Shown: positions 17,778 through 28,719, numbered from the stretch's first letter. The stretch is 33,719 nucleotides of DNA from Bacteroidetes bacterium CG2_30_32_10 (GCA_001872995.1 MNXO01000012.1:1-33719), one strand, 5' to 3'. The notes: a model not told the origin generated them from the sequence alone. Translations and numbers: made by a program.

Positions 17778-19166
17778 ATGGAAGTATTTTATGTATGTTG
17801 TGGATTGGCAATAGGTTTTCTTATTGCTTGGTTTTATATTAACAATAAAGGAAAAAATAAAATAGATAATTTGCAGCAATCTTTCTATGATTTAGAAAAA
17901 GATAAAATAAAAACAATTGCTGAATATGATAAATCGAATGGTATCTTAGGTGAAAAGCTTGAAACATTGATTAAAGAAGCCGACATCAACAAAAAAGAAT
18001 TATTGGAAGAAAAACTTAAATCCGAAGCTTATTCTACTAGACTTGCAAAAGCAGAAGTTGAATTTCGCAATCTACAAGAAAAACTTGCTACACAAAAAAC
18101 AGAATATGAAGAACTCCAGAAAAAATTAACTATTGAATTTGAAAATATTGCAAATAAGGTTTTAAAAGTACACTCTCAAGAGTTTACTTTGTCAAACCAA
18201 AAGAATATTGGCGATATTCTTAATCCTTTGCGTGAAAAGATTACTGATTTTGAGAAAAAAGTTAATGAGGCTTACGATAAAGAGCTTAGGGATAAAATAA
18301 GCTTGAAAGAAGAAGTTAAAAAACTATATGAATTAAATCATAAAATTAACGAAGAAGCTCGTAACCTTACAAGAGCACTTAAAGGAGACTCAAAGAAACA
18401 AGGAAACTGGGGAGAAGTGGTGCTTGAACGTATTTTAGAACGTTCGGGACTTGCCAAAGGGCAGGAATATGAAATGCAAGTTTCTATTACCAATGAAGAC
18501 GGCAAGCGTTTTCAACCAGATGCAGTGGTTTTTTTGCCTGATAAAAAACACATCATTATTGACTCGAAGGTATCGCTTGTTGCTTACGAGAATTATGTAA
18601 ATGCCACAGATGAAGAGCGGAAAGTACAATTTATAAAAGAGCATTTGCATTCAGTTAGAACTCACATCAAGGAGCTTAGTGAAAAAAACTATGAAAAATT
18701 AGATAGTTTTAATACTCCAGATTTTGTTTTGCTTTTTATACCTATAGAGTCATCGTTTGGAGTTGCAGTGCAAGCTGACCAAGAGTTGTTTAATTTTGCT
18801 TGGGATAATAAAATTGTTATTGTGAGTCCTTCTACATTACTTGCAACTTTGAGAACGATTGCTTCTATTTGGAAACAAGAAAATCAAACTAAAAACGCAC
18901 TCGAAATAGCAAGTCAAGGCGGTGCTTTATACGATAAATTTGTTGGTTTTGTTAAAGATTTAGATAAAATAGGAATTAATATTCGCCAAACACAAAATTC
19001 TTATGATGATGCTATGAATAAACTTCAGATAGGGAAGGGCAATCTAATTACAAGAGCTGAAAATATAAGAAAATTGGGTGCAAAGACTAAAAACACATTG
19101 CCTGAAAAGTTTGTTTCGGAAGAGGAAACAGGGACCCTTTTTGATCAAAGCAAACCGGAAGATTAA
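17778..19166 (+). CDS. rmuC: DNA recombination protein RmuC
   Basis: N-terminal TM, long coiled coil, QGNWGEVVLE, QPD...IIDSK, DFVLLFIPIE, SPSTLLATL. Confidence 0.95.
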   Translation: MEVFYVCCGLAIGFLIAWFYINNKGKNKIDNLQQSFYDLEKDKIKTIAEYDKSNGILGEKLETLIKEADINKKELLEEKLKSEAYSTRLAKAEVEFRNLQEKLATQKTEYEELQKKLTIEFENIANKVLKVHSQEFTLSNQKNIGDILNPLREKITDFEKKVNEAYDKELRDKISLKEEVKKLYELNHKINEEARNLTRALKGDSKKQGNWGEVVLERILERSGLAKGQEYEMQVSITNEDGKRFQPDAVVFLPDKKHIIIDSKVSLVAYENYVNATDEERKVQFIKEHLHSVRTHIKELSEKNYEKLDSFNTPDFVLLFIPIESSFGVAVQADQELFNFAWDNKIVIVSPSTLLATLRTIASIWKQENQTKNALEIASQGGALYDKFVGFVKDLDKIGINIRQTQNSYDDAMNKLQIGKGNLITRAENIRKLGAKTKNTLPEKFVSEEETGTLFDQSKPED

Positions 19167-19172
19167 AAACAA

Positions 19173-20294
19173 TCACACATTTTTATTTTCTTTCTTTCTA
19201 CTTTTAATAGCAATAAGGAACAATGTTAAAAACAGAATAACAAGGTATGTTCCAAAAAACAAAAAGTACAAAATGCTCCATTCGTTGATAAACTGCAAAA
19301 CAATAACATTAAGAATTGCTGAAATAATTGATATTGTGATAAAAACTAAAGCCACCTGCTTGTCGTTTAAACCAAGATATGATAAATGATGTGTTGTGTG
19401 ATCTTTGCCACCAATAAAAGGTGAAGTGCGTTTAGCCAATCGTTTAATAAATACAGTCGTTGTGTCAATAAGTGGTAAAGCAAATATTAGTGAAACGGAA
19501 ATGATTTGTTTAGAAAAAAAATAACTTTCGTTGTTGTCGTTATTAATATTCCAAAAATAAACAATACCCATTGCTGCTAAAAAGATTCCTAAAAATTGAC
19601 TTCCTGTATTGCCCATATACATTTTGGCTGGATGCCAATTAAACTTTAAAAAACCAATTAAAGTGGCAAGCAAGCCAATTAAGATTAATATATGAGGATT
19701 TCCAATATCATTTTGAATAAAAATATTTAAAAGAACACAAATAATAATAGATGCCGAAATAGAGGTTGAAATTGCATCCATATTATCAAGCATATTAATT
19801 GAATTCATAATGCCAACCACCCAAATTAGTGTAAGAATATAATCAAGGTAAACCTGATTGAAAAAATGGATATAAGTTCCAGTAAAAATTAAAATGAAAC
19901 CGCAGGTTAATTGGGTGAAAAATTTCAAGAAAGGCTTGGTATTATATGCATCATCAAATAAACCCATCAAAAATCCCAAAGTGCTCGAAAGTAAAATGCC
20001 GAGAAATTGAGCGTTTAAAAAGAATTGGCTTTTTTCAAAAATAAAAGAGTAAGAAATAATGGATAAAAGAAAGATAATATAAAAAGATATGCCACCAATT
20101 GCAGGCTTAGATTGAGAAGCCCAGCGAATTGCGTTTTCTTCTCCATTTCTAATGCCCAGTGTATTGGCAAACTTCAATAAAAGACTATTTATTAATACCG
20201 AAAATAGTATGGAACAAATGAAAAAAGCGATATAAATAATTGGCAAATAGTATTCTGAATTAATCAAAGATTGAATGAACGCAAACATAAACAT
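19173..20294 (-). CDS. wecA: WecA/MraY-family (glycosyltransferase family 4, PNPT) undecaprenyl-phosphate sugar-1-phosphate transferase
   Basis: Polytopic; PAIGG, GLFDD, NSINMLDNMD, FNWHPAKMYMGNTGS, DHTTHHL. Confidence 0.88.
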   Translation of the reverse strand: MFMFAFIQSLINSEYYLPIIYIAFFICSILFSVLINSLLLKFANTLGIRNGEENAIRWASQSKPAIGGISFYIIFLLSIISYSFIFEKSQFFLNAQFLGILLSSTLGFLMGLFDDAYNTKPFLKFFTQLTCGFILIFTGTYIHFFNQVYLDYILTLIWVVGIMNSINMLDNMDAISTSISASIIICVLLNIFIQNDIGNPHILILIGLLATLIGFLKFNWHPAKMYMGNTGSQFLGIFLAAMGIVYFWNINNDNNESYFFSKQIISVSLIFALPLIDTTTVFIKRLAKRTSPFIGGKDHTTHHLSYLGLNDKQVALVFITISIISAILNVIVLQFINEWSILYFLFFGTYLVILFLTLFLIAIKSRKKENKNV

Positions 20295-20302
20295 TTAGAA
20301 TA

Positions 20303-20845
20303 TTAAAACTTACTTATGAAATTAGCAAAAGGTTTGCCTTTTTTATCTTTATCTGAAATGGTTGGATTGGCTATGTTCCATGCGATATTTAAATCCGAAT
20401 CGCTCCATAATAAAGTGTCCTCAGCTTCTTTATTGTATTTATTGCTGCATTTATAGGTAAAAATAGTATTATCTTCAAGTGTAAGAAATCCATGAGCAAA
20501 GCCAACTGGGATGTATAGCATTTTTTTCTCATATTCATCAATAATAAGAGAAAAATATTTGCCATAAGTAGGAGAATTTTTACGAATATCTAAAGCCACA
20601 TCAAGCACGCTGCCTTTTATAACACGCACTAATTTGCTTTGTGCATAAGGTGGGTTTTGAAAGTGCATTCCTCTAAGAACTCCTTTATTTGATTTTGATT
20701 GATTATCTTGTATAAACTCTTCAATGATGCCATTTTTTTCAAATATTGCTTTGTTATATGATTCGTAAAAATAGCCTCTTTCATCTTCAAATACTGAAGG
20801 TGAAATTATTAACAATCCTGAAATATTGGTATTGATTACTTCCAT
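20303..20845 (-). CDS. rfbC: dTDP-4-dehydrorhamnose 3,5-epimerase
   Basis: DERGYF, QDNQSKS, GVLRGMHFQ, DIRKNSPTYG, GFAHGF. Confidence 0.97.
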   Translation of the reverse strand: MEVINTNISGLLIISPSVFEDERGYFYESYNKAIFEKNGIIEEFIQDNQSKSNKGVLRGMHFQNPPYAQSKLVRVIKGSVLDVALDIRKNSPTYGKYFSLIIDEYEKKMLYIPVGFAHGFLTLEDNTIFTYKCSNKYNKEAEDTLLWSDSDLNIAWNIANPTISDKDKKGKPFANFISKF

Positions 20846-23256
20846 TTTTTATTTTTAAAATTAATCGAGCTTAAAAATTTTTTTAATTTGCTTTGTATGG
20901 CATCATCGTCATAGTAGCCATATCCGTAGCCGTTTGAATAATTTTTAGATTTTCCATAAGATAAGTACTGCGAATCAACTGCATTTAATATGATTGATAA
21001 ATTTTTTATGTTGTTTTCATTGATTAATGCATCAACATTGGCAATATAGCTTCGTTTTGAATGGTTAGCATAAAATACATATATTGGATAATCTGCTTTG
21101 ATAAGACTTTTCATACCATCAGTTACTAAACCAATAGGAGGATTGTCGATAATAATAAAGTCGTACGTTAATTTAAGTTGTTCAATTAGGTCGTCCATAC
21201 GCTTATTCAGAATTAATTCAGAAGGATTTGGTGGAATGGGACCCGCTGTAATAAAATCAAGATTATTAATGCTGCTGTGGTTAATACAATTATCTAAAGT
21301 TGTTTGTCCTGCTAATATAGTGCTTATTCCGTATAGGTTTTCGGAACCAAAACCAGAATGTATCTTTGGCTTACGCATATCCAAATCGAGTATGATAACT
21401 TTTTTATCCGAAAAAGCAAGAATACCAGCTAAATTGATAGCAATAAATGTTTTGCCTTCGCCAGATACGGTAGATGTTATTGCAATAACCTTTGCTCCTG
21501 ACTCATTAGAAATAAATTGAAGATTGGTTCTTATTATTCTTAGGTATTCTGCAATTAATGATTTAGGTTTTTTATCAACAATCATTTGCGAAATAGGTAT
21601 ATCATACTTATATTTCGGTAATATACCAAGCAAAGGAGCATTGCTGTGTTTTGATATGTCTTCAACTGATCTAATTTCATTATAAAATAAATAAATAACC
21701 AATACTACAATCAAACTAATTAAAAAAGCGGCTATAATAGCACCTATATATATTCTTTTTTTCTGAGGAGAAACTGGCTTGCTTGGAGTAGTAGATTTTT
21801 CGAGAATTAGATTTTGAGATACATAACCCGCTTTCATAATCGAATATTCTGCTCTTTTTTCAATTAGTTGATTATGGAATTGTTCGTTAATAGCATATAT
21901 TCTTTGTAGTCGATTAAGTTCAACGGCATTAAAATCGCCCGTTTTGGCATTGATAAGTTTTTCGTAGCCTTGTATTTTTATTTTAAGTTCTGATTTGCGA
22001 TGTTGAATGTTATTCTTCAAAGATTTTATACTTTCGATAAGTAATTTTTTTTGGATGTTAATTTGGTAATTAATAGATTCTATTTGGCTGCTATTGAGGG
22101 TTACTTCGTAGAGAAGTTGTTCTCTTTTCAATAGCAAATCCTGCAAATTATTCAATAAACTAGAAATTATTCCTTGAAATTCACTACCAGCAATAGTTGC
22201 AATAAGTTTATAAATATCAACGTTTTCAGATGCATTAAAAGTAATTTCCACTTCATTGAGCATATTTTCTTCCAATTCTAGTTTAGAAAATTGGTTTTCC
22301 AATTCATTCTGACGTGAAAATAATGTTGGAACAACATCTAGTTTAATAGTATCAATTTTATTGGTTTTTTTAAATCTTTCTAACTGATTTTCAGATTTTG
22401 CAAGCGTATCATACATTCGGTTTATCTGATTGTCAATAAATTCAATAATTTTATTGGTACTTTCTGCTTTTTTTTCAATATCATATATAACAAATTCTTC
22501 GGCAATAGTATTAACTATGTCTGAAGTTTTTTGGGCATTTTCGTCTCTAAAAGTAATACTAACTGTTTTGGCTGCTTCATTGATGATGCTAATGTTCAAT
22601 GGTCTTACATAATTAGATAAATTGGTAGAAGGATTATTAATGATAAAATAGTAATTATCGCTATTTAATATTCCACTTTTATTAAAAACCACTTCAGGAT
22701 TGGTTACTTTAACATCTAAATCGACATCTTGAAAAACTATTTTTTCGGTCAATCCAAAAGTTTTTTCAATTTTGGAGTTATCGCTAATGCAGTAAGAGAT
22801 TTTAATTTGTTTGTCGTCATTGAAATTAATATATATAGGAATCCCATAAATAGCAGGGTTTTTTATAGAATATTTTATTTCAAATGGGGAGCTTTTGTAT
22901 AGCTCAAAATTTAATAGTCTGCCCTCTGTATAATAAGAAATATCTAAAGGTAGTTTACTTATCACTCTGTTTAAAAACAGGGAAGAACGCATTAATTCTA
23001 TTTGTTTTGCGAGATTGTTGTCTTCTTCAACATTAATGTTATTGGTTTGAAAAATTTTTTGAGCTTCGTTATCGCTGCTTAATTGAATAATGGAATGTGT
23101 TTCATAAATGGGTGGCGTATATCGCAGATAGATATAAGAACCAGCGATAGCCATTATAAATAATATTGCGAAAAGTAAAAGATTTCTTTTGACTAAGAAT
23201 AAAAATAACTTTGGGTCAATTTCTTCATTGATAATTGAAAACTTCTTAGGCTGCAT
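20836..23256 (-). CDS. wzc: Wzc-type polysaccharide co-polymerase / tyrosine autokinase
   Basis: Two TM segments around a coiled-coil periplasmic domain; Walker A STVSGEGKT, A' DLDMRKP, PPNPSEL, Walker B IIDNPP; C-terminal YSNGYGYGYY cluster. Confidence 0.95.
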   Translation of the reverse strand: MQPKKFSIINEEIDPKLFLFLVKRNLLLFAILFIMAIAGSYIYLRYTPPIYETHSIIQLSSDNEAQKIFQTNNINVEEDNNLAKQIELMRSSLFLNRVISKLPLDISYYTEGRLLNFELYKSSPFEIKYSIKNPAIYGIPIYINFNDDKQIKISYCISDNSKIEKTFGLTEKIVFQDVDLDVKVTNPEVVFNKSGILNSDNYYFIINNPSTNLSNYVRPLNISIINEAAKTVSITFRDENAQKTSDIVNTIAEEFVIYDIEKKAESTNKIIEFIDNQINRMYDTLAKSENQLERFKKTNKIDTIKLDVVPTLFSRQNELENQFSKLELEENMLNEVEITFNASENVDIYKLIATIAGSEFQGIISSLLNNLQDLLLKREQLLYEVTLNSSQIESINYQINIQKKLLIESIKSLKNNIQHRKSELKIKIQGYEKLINAKTGDFNAVELNRLQRIYAINEQFHNQLIEKRAEYSIMKAGYVSQNLILEKSTTPSKPVSPQKKRIYIGAIIAAFLISLIVVLVIYLFYNEIRSVEDISKHSNAPLLGILPKYKYDIPISQMIVDKKPKSLIAEYLRIIRTNLQFISNESGAKVIAITSTVSGEGKTFIAINLAGILAFSDKKVIILDLDMRKPKIHSGFGSENLYGISTILAGQTTLDNCINHSSINNLDFITAGPIPPNPSELILNKRMDDLIEQLKLTYDFIIIDNPPIGLVTDGMKSLIKADYPIYVFYANHSKRSYIANVDALINENNIKNLSIILNAVDSQYLSYGKSKNYSNGYGYGYYDDDAIQSKLKKFLSSINFKNKKWK

Positions 23257-23257
23257 A

Positions 23258-24007
23258 TTATTTAAATAAATTGTAAATCAATAAAGTTGTTGATAATAGA
23301 GTTAAGTAGGGTGCAATGTTTTCAAGAATACGTTGAGCCACTTTTGGTCTGGGTTCTACATAGATTATATCATTTGCTTGTAGAACAAGGTTTGATGCTT
23401 TCATTCCTTCAATTGTTGAAAGGTCTATTAAATAAACTTTTGGATTATGCAAATCGCCACGTATAAGTTTAATTTTATGTGCTTTGCCATCAGAAATTCC
23501 ACCAGCCAGCGCAAGAGCTTCAATGAGAGTGGTATTTGTGTTTGAAAGCGTAATTACGGTAGATGTTCCGCCTTGTCCACCAGGGAAAATGATAACTCGG
23601 TTGTTGGTAACTTTTAATTGCACAAAAGGTTTGTTATAATATTTGGCATATTTATTTTCGAGTTTTTTTTCGGCTTCGCGAAGGGTTAAATTGCTTAATT
23701 GTTCGCGACCAAGCAATGGAAGTTTAACTTTTCCATCAAATTCAACTTGATAGGTGGAATTGTTGGTTGTATTTTGACTGTTCATATTGGCTTCTAATGG
23801 GTTGATTAGTTTTTCTCCTTCATTAGTAAACAATTTAAACATCAACTCATCGTTTGGTGCAATTTTGTATTCAGGTTTCAAGGTGTCTTCTTTAAAAGAA
23901 GAATAAGGATAGTTTTTTGTTCTTAACATTTGGCTTGGATTAAGCAAATGGCAAGAAGTTAAAAGCAAAATGGGAAGAAAAACAATTAGGAATAATAATC
24001 TTTTCAT
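23258..24007 (-). CDS. wza: Wza-type polysaccharide export lipoprotein
   Basis: Lipobox LLTSC; YKIAPND; DGKVKLPLLG; EALALAGG; LQANDIIYVEP. Confidence 0.92.
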   Translation of the reverse strand: MKRLLFLIVFLPILLLTSCHLLNPSQMLRTKNYPYSSFKEDTLKPEYKIAPNDELMFKLFTNEGEKLINPLEANMNSQNTTNNSTYQVEFDGKVKLPLLGREQLSNLTLREAEKKLENKYAKYYNKPFVQLKVTNNRVIIFPGGQGGTSTVITLSNTNTTLIEALALAGGISDGKAHKIKLIRGDLHNPKVYLIDLSTIEGMKASNLVLQANDIIYVEPRPKVAQRILENIAPYLTLLSTTLLIYNLFK

Positions 24008-24025
24008 TTAGCAATATTTATTGTT

Positions 24026-24033
24026 CAAAAGTA
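24026..24033 (-). promoter_or_regulatory. -7 promoter element upstream of wza
   Basis: TACTTTTG on the minus strand, 19 bp before the ATG. Confidence 0.55.
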
Positions 24034-24071
24034 ATAAAAAATTATTATTCTGACATTAATATATGAATAAA

Positions 24072-25256
24072 TTAACCAAGTAGTTTGTAATAAAGTTGTT
24101 TCATATCTTCTACAAGACGAGTATAATGGTATTTATTTTTTACAAAATTCCAGCCATCATTGCTTAATTCTTTGCGAAGTAAGTTGTTTTCTACTAATGA
24201 CAATAGGTTTTCATCAAAAGTTTTAAAATCTTGGGCGTTTGAGAGCAAAGCTGTTTTGTTTTTAAGAACCACATCTTCTATACCCCCAACGGCTGTAGTA
24301 ACAATTGGTTTGTTAGATGCTTGTGCTTCAATTAAACTTACAGGGGTTCCTTCGTTTAAAGAAGTGAGGGCTATGATGTCCATTCCTGCATTCACCCAAT
24401 CGGCTTCTTTTATCCAAGAGGTGAAGGTTAAGGTCGCTTTTTGAGTTATATTAGCATTTGTAGTAAAATCAATATTAAGTTCTGTGGCTTTGGCTTCTAT
24501 TTTTTTTCTGTCTTCTCCATCCCCAACAATGAAAGCCCTAATTTTCTTTGAAGTGCTTTGTTGAAGGTTGCGAATAGCATAAAGAAACATAGTGTGGTTT
24601 TTAATGGGAACAATTCTACCGATAATGCCAATGGCTATTTCATCTTCTTCGATATTGTATTTTTGGCGAAAATCCTTTCTTTTGTCATCCATGTGCTCTC
24701 TAAAACGGCTAAGGTCGAAACCCAGAGGGATTACTTCTACTTTATCCTTTCCACAAATTTTATATTTATCTGTTAAATCAAACTTTTGTTTTTCTGATAT
24801 GGCAATAATTTTAGAGCTTTTTTTGGCTAAATTTCTTTCAATTCGTTTATAAAATGTAGCTTGAAAATTATTGAAATATGCATCGAAAACATGCCCGTGA
24901 AAAGTATGAACAATCACTGGAACTTTCTCATTTATTGCGGCATACCTGCCCAAGGCTCCGGCTTTTGAGGCGTGGGTGTGAATTATGTCTGGTTTAAATT
25001 TTTTAATAATTTCTTTTATCTTCTGATATGCAATATAATCATATTTTATATTTAAAGAACGCTTCATTTCTGGGATAATGATAGGTTTAAGTCCCAAATT
25101 GCAAACAATAAATTCAGAATTTTCTTCAGTATCATCTTTTTCGCCACCAATTAATAGTGTTTCAAATTCGGGTGCAAGATATTTGGATAGATATGCTGCG
25201 TTGTAGGTAGGTCCTCCTAAATTGAATCTATTAATAATTCGTAAAACTTTTGGCAT
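24072..25256 (-). CDS. GT4 (GT-B fold) glycosyltransferase
   Basis: NLGGP, PDIIHTH, HTFHGH, GRIVPIKN, EGTPVSLIEA (ExxxxxxxE). Confidence 0.95.
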   Translation of the reverse strand: MPKVLRIINRFNLGGPTYNAAYLSKYLAPEFETLLIGGEKDDTEENSEFIVCNLGLKPIIIPEMKRSLNIKYDYIAYQKIKEIIKKFKPDIIHTHASKAGALGRYAAINEKVPVIVHTFHGHVFDAYFNNFQATFYKRIERNLAKKSSKIIAISEKQKFDLTDKYKICGKDKVEVIPLGFDLSRFREHMDDKRKDFRQKYNIEEDEIAIGIIGRIVPIKNHTMFLYAIRNLQQSTSKKIRAFIVGDGEDRKKIEAKATELNIDFTTNANITQKATLTFTSWIKEADWVNAGMDIIALTSLNEGTPVSLIEAQASNKPIVTTAVGGIEDVVLKNKTALLSNAQDFKTFDENLLSLVENNLLRKELSNDGWNFVKNKYHYTRLVEDMKQLYYKLLG

Positions 25257-25279
25257 TTCTATGCTATTTTTTGTTTATA

Positions 25280-25287
25280 CAAAGATA
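25280..25287 (-). promoter_or_regulatory. -7 promoter element upstream of the GT4 gene
   Basis: TATCTTTG on the minus strand, 24 bp before the ATG. Confidence 0.55.
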
Positions 25288-25298
25288 GTATTAATAAT

Positions 25299-25329
25299 AA
25301 AAAAAGAGGTTGTTGTAACCTCTTTTTTT
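25299..25329 (-). terminator. Intrinsic terminator after the ornithine carbamoyltransferase gene
   Basis: AAAAAAAGAGGTT-GTTGT-AACCTCTTTTTTT perfect inverted repeat with a T-tract on either strand. Confidence 0.85.
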
Positions 25330-25354
25330 TAGTTTTAACTTAAAGATTGCGAAA

Positions 25355-26356
25355 TTAGCAACCTAGGGTTGCAATCATAATTGCTTTTATGGTATGCATC
25401 CGGTTTTCGGCTTCGTCAAAAACAACTGATGCTTCAGATTCAAAAACATCATCCGTAACTTCCATTCCATTAAGACCGTATTTATTGAAAATATCTAATC
25501 CAATTTTTGTGTCTTTATTGTGGAATGCAGGTAAACAATGCAAAAACTTTACTTTTGGATTGCCTGTTTTAGCAACTAATTCTTTATTTATTTGATAGGG
25601 TTTAAGCAACTTGATGCGTTCTTCCCAAACTGAATCTGCTTCTCCCATAGATACCCATACATCTGTGTATAAATAATCAACACCTTTAACAGCATCAGCT
25701 GCATTATCAGTTATAGTAATTTTTGCACCTGTTTGTTTTGCAATTTCTCTGCATTTATTAACAAGTTCTTCGCTTGGTTGACATGCTTTTGGAGCTGCAG
25801 CACGGAAATCCATTCCCATTTTTGCTGCACCAACTAACAAAGAGTTTCCCATATTGTTGCGAGCATCGCCTAAATAACAAAAAGAAATTTTATTTAAAGG
25901 CTTGTCGCTGTGTTCTTTCATTGTCATTAAATCGGCGAGAATTTGGGTTGGGTGAAATTCGGTTGTTAAACCATTCCAAACAGGAACACCAGCATATTTG
26001 GCAAGTTCTTCAACTATTGCCTGTCCATAACCACGGTATTCAATGGCATCATACATTCTGCCAAGAACTCTTGCGGTGTCTTTCATTGTTTCTTTTTTGC
26101 CTATTTGTGAACCAGAGGGTCCAAGGTAGGTGATGTGAGCTCCTTGATCGAGTGCAGCTACTTCGAAAGCACAACGTGTACGGGTGGAGTCCTTCTCGAA
26201 TATAAGTGCAATATTTTTGCCTTTTAATCTTTGTTGTTCGGTACCAGCGTATTTATTTTTTTTTAAATCTACTGATAAATCGAGAAGAAATTGAATTTCT
26301 GTAGGTGTAAAATCAAGAAGTTTTAAAAAATGTCTGTTTTTTAAATTGAATGCCAT
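25355..26356 (-). CDS. argF: Ornithine carbamoyltransferase (ArgF/ArcB type, possibly catabolic)
   Basis: [32 protein letters not shown]. Confidence 0.95.
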   Translation of the reverse strand: MAFNLKNRHFLKLLDFTPTEIQFLLDLSVDLKKNKYAGTEQQRLKGKNIALIFEKDSTRTRCAFEVAALDQGAHITYLGPSGSQIGKKETMKDTARVLGRMYDAIEYRGYGQAIVEELAKYAGVPVWNGLTTEFHPTQILADLMTMKEHSDKPLNKISFCYLGDARNNMGNSLLVGAAKMGMDFRAAAPKACQPSEELVNKCREIAKQTGAKITITDNAADAVKGVDYLYTDVWVSMGEADSVWEERIKLLKPYQINKELVAKTGNPKVKFLHCLPAFHNKDTKIGLDIFNKYGLNGMEVTDDVFESEASVVFDEAENRMHTIKAIMIATLGC

Positions 26357-26395
26357 TGTTTTTAAGTTTTATATTAGTAAAAATTTATTTTTGGG

Positions 26396-26403
26396 CAAAA
26401 TTA
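26396..26403 (-). promoter_or_regulatory. -7 promoter element upstream of the OTC gene
   Basis: TAATTTTG(C) on the minus strand, 40 bp before the ATG. Confidence 0.55.
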
Positions 26404-26553
26404 CACAATCCCTTTTTCATTTTCAAAAATTAAATGAATCCCAAAATTCTATTAACGAATGTAACTGAATTAAAGGGAACATTCTATAATATTTTTTAAG
26501 GCATAAAATATAATAGGTCAAATGCAGATTTGAATTACGAAAGCAATAACAGC

Positions 26554-28695
26554 TTACTTTTTAGAATCAATAAGAATATTAAGTATTTTGATGCCTGCAT
26601 CAGCAATCATTGTACCAGGACCAAAAATGCCTACCACTCCAGCATCATAAAGAAACTGATAATCTTGAGCAGGAATAACGCCACCTACAATAATCATCAT
26701 ATCATCTCTTCCCAATTTCTTAAGTTCTTCAATGATTTGCGGAACAAGTGTTTTATGACCTGCAGCAAGACTGGATATGCCAACAATGTGAACATCATTT
26801 TCCACAGCTTGTTTTGCTGCTTCGGCAGGAGTTTGAAACAAAGGACCCATATCCACATCAAATCCCATATCTGCATAAGCAGTTGCAACTACTTTAGCAC
26901 CTCTGTCGTGCCCATCTTGTCCCATTTTTGCAATCATAATACGTGGGCGACGACCTTCTATCTTCGCAAATTCATCAGCAAGTTCTCTGGCTTTTTTGAA
27001 ATTACTGTCATTTTCTATTTCCATTTTATATACTCCTGAAATTGAACGAATAGTAGCTTTATATCTACCAAATATTTTTTCGCAAGCATCTGAAATTTCA
27101 CCAAGTGAAGCACGTTTTCTTGCAGCATCTATTGCCAATGCTAATAAATTTCCTTGTCCAGTCTGACAAGCATTAGTAATGGCATCTAATGCTTTTTTAA
27201 CCTCATCGCTATTTCTTTCAGCTCTTAGTTTTTTCAAACGAGCTATTTGCGATATACGAACGGCAGTGTTATCTACCTCTAAAGTTTCGATGGGGTCTTC
27301 TTTATCTAAGCGATATTTATTTATACCTACAATTACGTCTTTACCTGAATCAATCTTTGCCTGTTTGCGTGCAGAAGCCTCTTCAATTCGCATTTTTGGC
27401 AAACCTGTTTCAATAGCTTTTGCCATTCCACCCAATTCTTCAACCTCTTGTATTAGTTTCCATGCTTTGTGAGCGATTTCGTGAGTTAATGCTTCTACAT
27501 AATAAGAACCAGCCCATGGATCAATGGCTTTGCATATATTAGTTTCTTCTTGTATAAATATTTGGGTGTTTCTTGCAATACGAGCGGAAAAATCAGTGGG
27601 TAGTGCAATTGCTTCATCAAGAGCATTGGTGTGAAGAGATTGCGTATGACCCAAAGCAGCAGCCATCGCTTCAATACAAGTACGAGCTATATTATTATAG
27701 GGGTCTTGCTCTGTTAAACTCCATCCAGAAGTTTGCGAATGTGTTCTTAAGGCAAGCGATTTAGGGTTCTTAGGATTGAATTGTTTAACCAATTTTGCCC
27801 ACAACATTCTTGCTGCACGCATTTTAGCTATTTCCATAAAATGATTCATTCCTACACCCCAGAAAAACGACAATCTTGGTGCAAAAGAATCTATGTCCAT
27901 ACCAGCTTTAACGCCAGTACGCAAATATTCTAAGCCATCAGCTAAAGTATAAGCCAATTCAATATCAGCAGTGGCACCAGCTTCTTGTATATGATATCCA
28001 CTAATGCTAATAGAATTGAATTTAGGCATGTTTTTGGATGTAAACTCAAATATGTCAGCAATAATTTTCATAGAAGGAGTTGGCGGATAAATATAAGTGT
28101 TACGAACCATAAACTCCTTTAAAATGTCATTTTGAATGGTTCCGCTTAGTTTTTCCATTGATACGCCTTGTTCTTCGGCAGCAACAATATAAAATGCAAG
28201 AACTGGTAATACAGCTCCATTCATAGTCATTGAAACAGACATTTTATCTAAGGGAATTTGGTCGAAAAGAACTTTCATATCAAGAATAGAATCGATAGCA
28301 ACACCAGCTTTACCAACATCACCAACAACGCGTTCGTGGTCAGAATCGTAACCACGATGTGTAGCTAAGTCAAATGCAACAGATAATCCCATTTGACCTG
28401 CTGCAAGATTTCTTCTATAAAAGGCATTTGATTCCTCTGCAGTAGAAAAACCAGCATATTGTCTAATTGTCCAAGGCTGCATCACATACATAGTCGAATA
28501 AGGACCTCTTAGAAAAGGCGCTATGCCTGCTGCATAGTTCAAATGTTCCATTCCTAACAAATCAGATTCCTCATAAACTCCTTTAACTGGAATTTGCTCG
28601 GAAGTAATCCAATTTTTACCAACATTATCTTTACTTTCAGAAGAGTTAGTATTTGTAATTGTTTTATATTGAATATTTTTAAAATCTGGACGCAT
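26554..28695 (-). CDS. scpA: Methylmalonyl-CoA mutase, catalytic B12-binding subunit
   Basis: [43 protein letters not shown] (DxHxxG), SSLAAGH. Confidence 0.98.
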   Translation of the reverse strand: MRPDFKNIQYKTITNTNSSESKDNVGKNWITSEQIPVKGVYEESDLLGMEHLNYAAGIAPFLRGPYSTMYVMQPWTIRQYAGFSTAEESNAFYRRNLAAGQMGLSVAFDLATHRGYDSDHERVVGDVGKAGVAIDSILDMKVLFDQIPLDKMSVSMTMNGAVLPVLAFYIVAAEEQGVSMEKLSGTIQNDILKEFMVRNTYIYPPTPSMKIIADIFEFTSKNMPKFNSISISGYHIQEAGATADIELAYTLADGLEYLRTGVKAGMDIDSFAPRLSFFWGVGMNHFMEIAKMRAARMLWAKLVKQFNPKNPKSLALRTHSQTSGWSLTEQDPYNNIARTCIEAMAAALGHTQSLHTNALDEAIALPTDFSARIARNTQIFIQEETNICKAIDPWAGSYYVEALTHEIAHKAWKLIQEVEELGGMAKAIETGLPKMRIEEASARKQAKIDSGKDVIVGINKYRLDKEDPIETLEVDNTAVRISQIARLKKLRAERNSDEVKKALDAITNACQTGQGNLLALAIDAARKRASLGEISDACEKIFGRYKATIRSISGVYKMEIENDSNFKKARELADEFAKIEGRRPRIMIAKMGQDGHDRGAKVVATAYADMGFDVDMGPLFQTPAEAAKQAVENDVHIVGISSLAAGHKTLVPQIIEELKKLGRDDMMIIVGGVIPAQDYQFLYDAGVVGIFGPGTMIADAGIKILNILIDSKK

Positions 28696-28719
28696 AATAA
28701 TAATTTTGAGGATTCGTAT

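Noticed and set aside
17778-19166. RmuC as part of a defence system with the GxxExxY nuclease
   Set aside because: It lies 15 kb away in a housekeeping context, and nothing in the sequence links the two.
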